A DNA stretch of 54,057 nucleotides from Vicinamibacterales bacterium (GTDB lineage Bacteria > Acidobacteriota > Vicinamibacteria > Vicinamibacterales > Fen-181): contig DASVIS010000195.1 of NCBI GenBank assembly GCA_036381995.1, positions 1 through 54,057 on the forward strand, given 5' to 3'. The position numbers and the translations under genes were made by a program. Positions 38,381-45,614 of the stretch are shown here, piece after piece (position 1 is the stretch's first letter; each line of letters begins with the position of its first letter). The notes beneath the pieces were generated by a model. The model searched no databases. It was given only the letters and a program-made list of their open reading frames with translations, and had not been told where the DNA came from.

Positions 38381-38740
38381 ATGGCTTCAGTCGAATGGAA
38401 GGACTTCACGAAGCCTGACGAAGTCCGATCGTTTCCACACGGCCATCTGGAACTGCTGCACATGGAGGGCGGCACCATCGGCCGTCTCGTCCTCGAACCC
38501 GGCTGGCGCTGGTCGACCGACGTCAAGCCGATCGCCGGCACCGAGTGGTGCGAGGCGCCCCATTTCCAGTACCAGGTGTCGGGGCGCATCCGAGTGCACA
38601 TGCACGACGGCCGCGAGACAGAGCTTGGCCCGGGCTCGGTGTCGCACCTGCCGGCCGGACACGACGCATGGGTGATCGGCAACGATCCGGTCGTCCTGGT
38701 TGACTGGTACGGCGCAAGCGACTACGCCAGGAAGAAGTAG
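38381..38740 (+). CDS. cupin domain protein
   Basis: 119 aa with a beta-rich cupin pattern (GRLVLEPGWRWS...HFQYQVSGRIRVHMHDG...GSVSHLPAGHDAWV). CCAGGAGGA RBS before ATG 38381. Confidence 0.8.
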   Translation: MASVEWKDFTKPDEVRSFPHGHLELLHMEGGTIGRLVLEPGWRWSTDVKPIAGTEWCEAPHFQYQVSGRIRVHMHDGRETELGPGSVSHLPAGHDAWVIGNDPVVLVDWYGASDYARKK

Positions 38741-38750
38741 CGGGAATGCT

Positions 38751-38788
38751 GTCGGGCGCGTGGCAGCCGGGTGGCGCACGCGCCCGAC
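38751..38788 (+). terminator. stem-loop terminator candidate
   Basis: GTCGGGCGCGTG (38751-38762) pairs perfectly with CACGCGCCCGAC (38777-38788), with a 14-nt loop, 10 nt after the cupin stop. No T-tract. Confidence 0.5.
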
Positions 38789-39078
38789 TCGATCCACTTT
38801 CGTAGACACATACCGACAGACGGACACGACCGGAGTCCTGGTCATCGACCGTCGAGGACGGTGACCGGCAGGGGTCCAGTTGCGGCCCGTAGCGACGGCA
38901 GGACCGACGTGTGGCATCGAGGTTCGTTGCGGCGATGGGGCCGTCTCATCCACGGCCACCGTCTTGGCATCAGCGCGCGCCTGGGCGATACTGAAAGACG
39001 GGTCACGCGAAACCACTCACCGTGCCGGCGACGGTCGAGCCGTTCCCGGACACCGCTGTTCTCGAGAGGAGCCTCCGC

Positions 39079-39251
39079 ATGGTCAAGCCGATTCCCGACG
39101 GGTACCACAGCATCACGCCGTACAGTTCTACGGTGACCGGACGGGAGGCGTGAAGGATCTATTTGGCCACCTGTGGTACATCGCCACGCACAAGGAGGAC
39201 GTGTCTCCCGAGGAGATGAAGAGGCGCGTCGCCAAGATGATGGCGTCGTAA
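39079..39251 (+). pseudogene. VOC/glyoxalase (PhnB-like) gene remnant with an internal deletion and frameshift
   Basis: Good RBS (GAGAGGAG) plus ATG 39079 gives MVKPIPDGYHSITPY, a typical VOC N-terminus. From about 39122 the homology continues in another frame as QFYGDRTGGVKDLFGHLWYIATHKEDVSPEEMKRRVAKMMAS, a typical VOC C-terminus. The original frame stops at 39153. Roughly 90-100 central residues appear to be missing. Confidence 0.6.
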
Positions 39252-39279
39252 GGCGCGCATCGGGACAGGAGCATAGGCC

Positions 39280-40569
39280 ATGACGAGACAACGTCTGTCG
39301 GCGATCCTCTGCACGCTCTGGGTGGCGGCGGTGACGACGGGGCTGCGCGCTCAGGCGCCGTCGCCGGTCGTCGAGAGCCACGAGGGTGACGACTACACGC
39401 GGTACGAGCTGCTCGCGCCGGTCTCGGCGCAGTTCCGGGTCGTGTACGAGGTGACGGCTACCACGCCAGGCACTCGCGCCTACTTCAACATCATCCGGAA
39501 GGGCAGCGAGGCCAGCGACGAGGCCGTCTTCGATCAGATGACGGGGCAGCCGCTGCCGTTCACGGTCGTGACCGGGACGGCCGCACGCGCGGCCGGTTTG
39601 ACGCAGGCCGATCCCGACGCGAACTACATCCAGGTGACACTTCCGCGGCCCGTGCCGAAGGGCGGAGAGACCCGTCTGCGGATCGACAAGACCTACAAGG
39701 ACGCCAAGTCCTACTACCAGGAAGGCGAGACGATCGTGTTCGCCCGCAGCCTCGGGATCCGGCGCAATGCCGTGGTGATGCCGGCCGGCTACGAGATCGT
39801 GTCCTGCAACGTCCCATCGCAGGTGCTCACCACGCCGGAAGGGCGGCTCATGATCAGCTTCTTCCACACCGGCGCGGGCGAGACTCCGCTCATGGTCAAG
39901 GCGCGGCCGCTGCCGAAGGGCGCGGCGCTTCCCGGAGCGCCGAAGGCAGTGAACGCGGCGTCGCCGACCGGGCCGCCCGTCGCACCCCCGTCGGACGCCG
40001 AGCGCCTCTCGGAGCGCGCACATCAGGATCCCGAGATCGTGTACTTCCTCCAGCAACCCGAGACCCACTCCTTCGCGCTCTACCACGACTACACGGAAGC
40101 CCGGGCGGGCACCGACAAGTACCTGAACGTGGTGCGCGCGGGCAGCCGGGCCTCGAACCCGTCCGCGCGCCTGCTGGACACGGGTGAAGAGCTGAAGGTG
40201 GAGACGTTGAAGGGCGCCGCGATCACGGCGGCCGGCCTCGACATCGGCGAACCGGTGACGCCGGCCTCGGAAGTGGTCATCATCCGGTTCCCCGCCGTCG
40301 TGAAGGGGCAGTCGGTCCGGCTTCGGATCGCCGAGACCTACACGGACGAGGGCCGCTACTCGGTGGTGGGCGACGAGCTGGCGTGGGACCGGAGCCTGGG
40401 CCGGGCGCGCAACATCGTGGTGCTTCCCGCGGGGTGGTACGTCACGGCGAGTTCGATCCCGGCCGTCGTCACGATGACCGGGGACGGGCGCGTGCGGCTG
40501 GAGTACAACAACCCGAGGCCCGACGAGGTCGGCGTCCTGTTGAAGGCGGCGCGGCGCTTGCGCCGGTAG
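39280..40569 (+). CDS. secreted hypothetical protein built from two homologous about 180-aa modules
   Basis: Signal peptide MTRQRLSAILCTLWVAAVTTGLRAQA. Internal duplication: YFNIIRKGSEAS...RLRIDKTYKD...SLGIRRNAVVMPAGYEIV versus YLNVVRAGSRAS...RLRIAETYTD...SLGRARNIVVLPAGWYVT. Confidence 0.75.
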   Translation: MTRQRLSAILCTLWVAAVTTGLRAQAPSPVVESHEGDDYTRYELLAPVSAQFRVVYEVTATTPGTRAYFNIIRKGSEASDEAVFDQMTGQPLPFTVVTGTAARAAGLTQADPDANYIQVTLPRPVPKGGETRLRIDKTYKDAKSYYQEGETIVFARSLGIRRNAVVMPAGYEIVSCNVPSQVLTTPEGRLMISFFHTGAGETPLMVKARPLPKGAALPGAPKAVNAASPTGPPVAPPSDAERLSERAHQDPEIVYFLQQPETHSFALYHDYTEARAGTDKYLNVVRAGSRASNPSARLLDTGEELKVETLKGAAITAAGLDIGEPVTPASEVVIIRFPAVVKGQSVRLRIAETYTDEGRYSVVGDELAWDRSLGRARNIVVLPAGWYVTASSIPAVVTMTGDGRVRLEYNNPRPDEVGVLLKAARRLRR

Positions 40570-40856
40570 AGGCCGAACTCCTCGCCCGATTCCTTTGTCT
40601 TCGGACGCCTGAATTCGCTTGAGAACGAAATCAGGGCCCGGGTACTTGTGCCGGCGGATGCGGAATCCAAGATGCCAGCGATGACTTGCAGTTCGCGTGG
40701 GGTCACCGTCTCGGCAGGCACGGGCGACGGTCCCACACGAACCCCCTGCAAGGCATCTATGACGTCGCGAGTGATCCAGTAGCCGCCGTGCGCGACCGTC
40801 CTCACGCAGTCGAGCAGGACTGAGAGCGACCCAACGATCTCTCCCTGCCAGGCCTT
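40570..40856 (-). pseudogene. possible remnant of a NarL/LuxR-type response regulator (end of the receiver domain plus a degraded HTH), lacking start and N-terminus
   Basis: The minus-strand open frame reads ...AWQGEIVGSLSVLLDCVRTVAHGGYWITRDVIDAL...VTPRELQVIAGIL..., resembling the receiver-domain C-terminus and the LTPRELEVL start of a LuxR HTH. The downstream HTH is not intact in one frame. There is no receiver N-terminus because the adjacent lipoprotein gene ends at 40861. Confidence 0.4.
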
Positions 40857-40860
40857 CAGC

Positions 40861-41238
40861 TCAGCGCGGCGAACAGGTCGCCGACGTCAACGTCCAGCGC
40901 CGACCGGTGCGTTCGTGCACCAGCACGCACCGCGAGCCGCTCTTGACCAGCCGGAAGTGCTCCGGCCGGCCGGTCTCGCGTCCGGCAAGGTTCACGCCTT
41001 GTGCGTCGCGATGTGGAGCCCGCTGGACGATCAGCGTGTTGTCGGCCGTCAGCGCGGCGTCCGCGAGGGTCACCGGCGCTCCGCTCATCGCTCGGCTCAC
41101 GGCGCGCACCAGATCCGCGTGGCTCTGCTCCGTCGGGTGTGTGAGCACGGCGGGCACATCCCGCGGCGGCAACCGCGGGAGGCAACCGGCCAGGACCAGC
41201 GTTCCAACAACGCTCACAGCGCTCGTCACGCGCCTCAT
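40861..41238 (-). CDS. small lipoprotein, hypothetical
   Basis: MRRVTSAVSVVGTLVLAGC lipobox. Lies 5 nt downstream of the S41 peptidase stop (GTG 41247 would overlap it). Confidence 0.65.
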   Translation of the reverse strand: MRRVTSAVSVVGTLVLAGCLPRLPPRDVPAVLTHPTEQSHADLVRAVSRAMSGAPVTLADAALTADNTLIVQRAPHRDAQGVNLAGRETGRPEHFRLVKSGSRCVLVHERTGRRWTLTSATCSPR

Positions 41239-41243
41239 GTGAA

Positions 41244-42836
41244 TCACCGCCGCAGAATGCGGTTCTCGCGCCAGGGAGACTTGTAGAGCAGTCCTTCGCC
41301 GAGGATCGGTGCCTGGGCTGTTCTCACATTCGAGCGACTTGCAGACGCGGGGGATGCGGCAGACGCGGCGGGGCAGCTCCGGTCGACGAGGTAGCCCAGG
41401 GCCGCCGCCAATCTGCCTTCGTTGCGATCCCCAAGGGCGTGGCCGAAGTCGTCGTCGACCGCGCAGCCGGGCACCTGGACGCCGACCGTACCCGTGGCGT
41501 TGGCGGGAGAGAACCCGTCCGGGTAGTCCCCGAACGCCTGGTCATTGACGCCCTTGAACTCGATCGAGAAGTACGTCGTGGCGCAGTTGTCCTGAGGATA
41601 GAAGCCATAGGGCTTTCCACAGGTCGTCGATCCGATCTGGAACACCTGGACGCCCACGCCCCTCAGGCTGTTGAGGATTGATTCGCTGGCCGAGCAGGTA
41701 TTCGCACCCGTCAGGACCGTCACCCGCGTGAGGTTCAGTGACGGCAGGGCTTGACCGCTCGGTCCGGAAAATCCCTGGGAGGTCGCGTGGAACGGGATCG
41801 GCACGATCGCCTGTCCAGTGACCGGATCCACCGTCGGGTGCTTGTCACTGAACACCGTCTTCTCGAACGTCCGGCCGGTCGTGGCCCCACGCCCCGCAAC
41901 CATGTAGGCCACTTCGCTGGCGATGTCGAGGTAGCCGCCGCCGTTGTAACGGATGTCGAGCACCAGGTCGCTGACGTTCGCCGCCGCAAGCTGGCCAAAG
42001 GCGGTCACGAGTTCCTGCTCGGCGGTCGCGATGTGGTCGTTGAAGAGCATGTACCCCACCGTCCCCGTGGCGGTGGCGATGGTCTCGACGTTCTGTACCG
42101 GCGTCGACGTCACGTTGGCGGACACCATCGTGATGGTGCGAGGCGTAGTCGCTCCGGGATCGAGGATGGAGAACGTGTGAGAGGCGCCTGCCGAGGACGG
42201 GAATAGGCCCTCGTTCACCGTGGCGACGCTTCCGCTGTCGGTCGCGTTGACCAGGTCCACCCCGTCGACGGTCAGCACCTTCGCGCCGCGAGAAAGGTTC
42301 GCGGGCGGCGTCGTGGCGGGGGCATTCGGCTCCGTATAGGCGACCACGACGAGTCGGGGCGGCTTCGATGCGACAACGAGGAACTGCGCGCCATATCCCG
42401 CCTCCACGCCGGACTGCGACAACGCCACCCACTGGGCCGTCGAATACGTGAAGTGGAACCGGTCCTTCGGGTTGCCGGACGGCGTCGTGGCCGAGGTCTT
42501 CAGGATGTCGAAGTAATCAGTCGTCGAGTACGACGCCGGATTGAGGTCCGGCACTTCGCGGTACCAGAGATACAACTCGTTGGTCCACGAACGCAGGAAG
42601 CGATTCTCGGTGAGGGTCGAGCCCTGGACGTCGAGATAGCGTTTGCCGGTCGTGGGATCCGTGCCGGTGCGGGGGCTGGCGCACTGGTTTGCGAAAGCCG
42701 CTGACGGCTCGAACACGCCCGCCGTCCACGAACCGGACCCGCCCCTCGAAGCGCTCCCGCTGCTCCCGCTGCCACTTCCGCAACCGGCCAACGTGACCAG
42801 ACTCGCCACGACGATCCAGCGAAGCTCTGAAGGCAT
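41244..42836 (-). CDS. S41 family peptidase (lipoprotein)
   Basis: MPSELRWIVVASLVTLAGCGSGSG lipobox. LVLDIRYNGGGY and VTVLTGANTCSASESILNSLRG (S41 catalytic Ser context). Only the part after ATG 42836 of the 41244..45014 ORF is credible. Confidence 0.88.
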   Translation of the reverse strand: MPSELRWIVVASLVTLAGCGSGSGSSGSASRGGSGSWTAGVFEPSAAFANQCASPRTGTDPTTGKRYLDVQGSTLTENRFLRSWTNELYLWYREVPDLNPASYSTTDYFDILKTSATTPSGNPKDRFHFTYSTAQWVALSQSGVEAGYGAQFLVVASKPPRLVVVAYTEPNAPATTPPANLSRGAKVLTVDGVDLVNATDSGSVATVNEGLFPSSAGASHTFSILDPGATTPRTITMVSANVTSTPVQNVETIATATGTVGYMLFNDHIATAEQELVTAFGQLAAANVSDLVLDIRYNGGGYLDIASEVAYMVAGRGATTGRTFEKTVFSDKHPTVDPVTGQAIVPIPFHATSQGFSGPSGQALPSLNLTRVTVLTGANTCSASESILNSLRGVGVQVFQIGSTTCGKPYGFYPQDNCATTYFSIEFKGVNDQAFGDYPDGFSPANATGTVGVQVPGCAVDDDFGHALGDRNEGRLAAALGYLVDRSCPAASAASPASASRSNVRTAQAPILGEGLLYKSPWRENRILRR

Positions 42837-42910
42837 GAAATCAAGATAGCATGCCCGACCCGACGGCGTGATCGCCAACGATGCCCTGGGGCGCCTCAAT
42901 GCAGTCGGCG

Positions 42911-43663
42911 TCACCAGTCGTCTCGCTTCGTGTCGACCACCAACGTGATTCGCTGGCCATTTCGTAGGACGGCCACCTTCGCCTGCGGCATGGTCTGGAG
43001 TTCGCCGAACAGCCGCATGACGGTTGCCACGCCGTCCAGCGGCTGGCCATTGACTTCCAGGACGACATCGCCGTTCCGGAGTCCCAGTTGGTCGGCGACG
43101 CCGCCCGCCTTGATCTGGCCGATCTCGTACCCGTCGATGAGCCGCTGCCCGCTCGCCGTATCCCGGTACCTGGGGGTGGCGACCGCCGATTCCAGAAGGC
43201 TGGGCAGATCCTCGAGATAGCGGTCGACCGCGCCCTTCGCCAGATCGACGACCACGACATCCGGCGATGCGGTGAGGGCTGTGTTCGGGGGACGGGCCCC
43301 CGCGCCCGCCGGAGGCTGGGTGCCCGCCGGGTGGATCGCGCCGGAAAAGACCAGGAGTTCGTGACGATTCATCAGGAGGTTCATGATGAGGACGCCGTCC
43401 TCGCGAACTTCCTGGATCTCCGCGAGATCGCATGCCTGCTGTCCGGCAAAGAACATCCCCCGCCGCTCGGAGGCATCGGCGCAGCGGATGAGACACGCGG
43501 ACCTGGCTGGTGTCTTCTTGTCCACGATGAGCCCGGTCAGATGGAGCGGGAGAACCGAGAGCGGCACTGGCTTGGCAGGCTGCTGCGGAAGCCCGGCGGC
43601 CAGCAGGCCGACCGCCAATGCGGCGAGGCTGCCACAGCTTCCGGTCATGAAACCCATCACCAT
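42911..43663 (-). CDS. GspC-like protein (N-terminal anchor, HR-like domain, C-terminal PDZ)
   Basis: Hydrophobic N-terminus. LTGLIVDKKTPARSACLIRC...FFAGQQACDLAEIQEVREDGVLI resembles the GspC HR domain. The C-terminal PDZ reads GYEIGQIKAGGVADQLGLRNGDVVLEVNGQPLD. The start is ambiguous among ATG 43663, 43657 and 43648. Confidence 0.65.
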   Translation of the reverse strand: MVMGFMTGSCGSLAALAVGLLAAGLPQQPAKPVPLSVLPLHLTGLIVDKKTPARSACLIRCADASERRGMFFAGQQACDLAEIQEVREDGVLIMNLLMNRHELLVFSGAIHPAGTQPPAGAGARPPNTALTASPDVVVVDLAKGAVDRYLEDLPSLLESAVATPRYRDTASGQRLIDGYEIGQIKAGGVADQLGLRNGDVVLEVNGQPLDGVATVMRLFGELQTMPQAKVAVLRNGQRITLVVDTKRDDW

Positions 43664-44072
43664 CCCTCTTCCGCCATCTGCACGGCGCGCCCCCTCTGCT
43701 GGCAGGCAGGACCCAGTGCTGGCGCGACGATACTCGAGAATCCAGGTCCAGTCTGCGCGGTACCGCGCACCCCGTCAATAGGACGCCCAGGACTCGAACA
43801 GCATCCACTCCGGCAAGGGAACCGAGTCGATCCCGACGCCGCGAGAACCGATGTTGACCGGCTGGTTCGGGCAGCGAGATTCCCGCCGTCCGCCCGGCCA
43901 AGGCGTCCTTGCGGCACCTTGCGGCAGCGCTCCCGGGAGCGCTTGGCGCTGGCGGTACACTGCGCCATACTACGCTCCAAGAAGATTCGGCCTGTCCATG
44001 GACTCGTTGTAGGGCTGAGGGGGCGGGACCACAAGCCGCGCCACGAGCCTTCGTGGAGGCGAGGGAGGCCAG

Positions 44073-45479
44073 ATGAAGACCGCGATCCGGGCGAGCGTGC
44101 TGTTCGTGCTGCTGGCCATCGCGCCGGCGGTGATGGCGCAGGGCACGTTGAGCGCCGACCTGAGTGCCAGGGTCGACGCCGCGGTGCACGACGTGATGAC
44201 GAAGACCGGCGTGCCGAGCGCGTCGGTGGGCATCGTGCAGGGCGGCAGGATCGTCTTCACGAAAGCCTACGGCCTCGCACGGTTGGAGCCGCCGGTGGCG
44301 GCCACGACCGCCATGCACTACGCCATCGGGTCGATCAGCAAACAGTTCACAGCCGCGTGCATCCTGCTGCTCCAGGAAGACGGCAAGCTCACCATCGACG
44401 ATCCAATCGCGAAGTACTTCCCTGAGCTGACACGCGCGGGCGACGTCACGATCCGCCACATCCTCTCGCACACGTCCGGCTACCAGGACTACGCGCCGCA
44501 GGACTACACGATCCCGGCGTGGACCAAGCCGACAACGGCCGGCACGATCATCCACGAATGGGCGACCAAGCCGCTCGATTTCGAGCCCGGCACGCAGTAC
44601 CAGTACAGCAACACAAACTTCAACATCGCCGGGCTGATCGTGGAGAAGGTGAGCGGCGAGCCGTTCTGGTCGTTCCTCTCGCGCCGCGTGCTGAAGCCGC
44701 TCGGCATGGCGGACACGATCGACCTCGACGCCGATCACGCCAAGGTCGAGCCGATCGGCTACATGCGCAATGCGCTCGGGCCGCTGCGGCCCGCCATCAT
44801 CGAGGCGCCGGGTTGGTACTTCGCCGATGGGGAGATGGCGATGCCGGTGTCCGACCTGCTCACCTGGGATATCAGCGTGATGAGCCGGTCGATCCTGAAG
44901 CCATCGTCCTACGAGGTGATGGAAACCGACGTGAAGCTCCGAAACGGCGAGAGCGCGCACTACGGCCTGGGCGTGAGCGTGTCGACGCGCGACGGGCACC
45001 GCGTGGTGTCGCACGGCGGCGAAGTCGGCGGGTTCGTGGCCTCGAACACAGTGTTCCCCGACGACAAGATCGCCATCGTCGTCCTGACCAACCAGGAAGC
45101 GAGCCCCGCGGCCGGCGGCATCGCCCGCGCGATCTCAACCCTGTTGCTGGCGCCGGCGCCCGCGGCGGCCGAGACGGCGAAGGCGGAGACGCAGGCGAAG
45201 CTGGTGCTGGGCGATCTCCAGCAGGGGAAGATCGACCGCACCCTGTTCACCGCGAACTGCAACTTCTACTTCGACCAGGTGTCTCTCGACGACCACGCGA
45301 AAAGCCTCGGGCCGCTTGGCGCCGTCAGGACCGTGACGCAGACAGCCACATCGCTGCGCGGCGGCATGACGTTCCGCGCCTTCGACGTGGCGTTCGCCAA
45401 CGGCACCAGGGTGCGGCTCACGACCTACACGACGAAGGACGGGAAGCTCGAGCAGTTCGTGATCGCGCCGGTCGCGTAG
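44073..45479 (+). CDS. secreted serine hydrolase (beta-lactamase/class C-like, PBP4* family)
   Basis: Signal peptide MKTAIRASVLFVLLAIAPAVMAQG. SxxK (GSISKQFTAA), YxN (YQYSNTNF) and HGG (SHGGEVGGF) motifs. GAGGGAGG RBS. Confidence 0.88.
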   Translation: MKTAIRASVLFVLLAIAPAVMAQGTLSADLSARVDAAVHDVMTKTGVPSASVGIVQGGRIVFTKAYGLARLEPPVAATTAMHYAIGSISKQFTAACILLLQEDGKLTIDDPIAKYFPELTRAGDVTIRHILSHTSGYQDYAPQDYTIPAWTKPTTAGTIIHEWATKPLDFEPGTQYQYSNTNFNIAGLIVEKVSGEPFWSFLSRRVLKPLGMADTIDLDADHAKVEPIGYMRNALGPLRPAIIEAPGWYFADGEMAMPVSDLLTWDISVMSRSILKPSSYEVMETDVKLRNGESAHYGLGVSVSTRDGHRVVSHGGEVGGFVASNTVFPDDKIAIVVLTNQEASPAAGGIARAISTLLLAPAPAAAETAKAETQAKLVLGDLQQGKIDRTLFTANCNFYFDQVSLDDHAKSLGPLGAVRTVTQTATSLRGGMTFRAFDVAFANGTRVRLTTYTTKDGKLEQFVIAPVA

Positions 45480-45614
45480 CCACCCGCCTGAGCTGATTGC
45501 CGGGATGGTCGAGTGAAGGCGAAATCCGGATGCCCGGGCGAGGCCCGCATCGTCTTCATGAGCGATTCGATCGCCGGCTTGCTGTCCGCGCGCGGTTCGA
45601 GGTGAAATGAGCGA

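Noticed and set aside
43780-43800. GGACTCGAAC string resembling the reverse complement of a tRNA T-arm, in the 409-nt intergenic region.
   Set aside because: The flanking 5-mers (CCAGG / CAGCA) cannot form the T-stem, and no acceptor or anticodon arms could be folded by eye. Not a tRNA.
42837-45014. Upstream 725-aa extension of the ORF containing the S41 peptidase.
   Set aside because: It runs through the GspC-like gene and antisense through the beta-lactamase-family gene. The lipoprotein signal MPSELRWIVVASLVTLAGC marks the real start at 42836.
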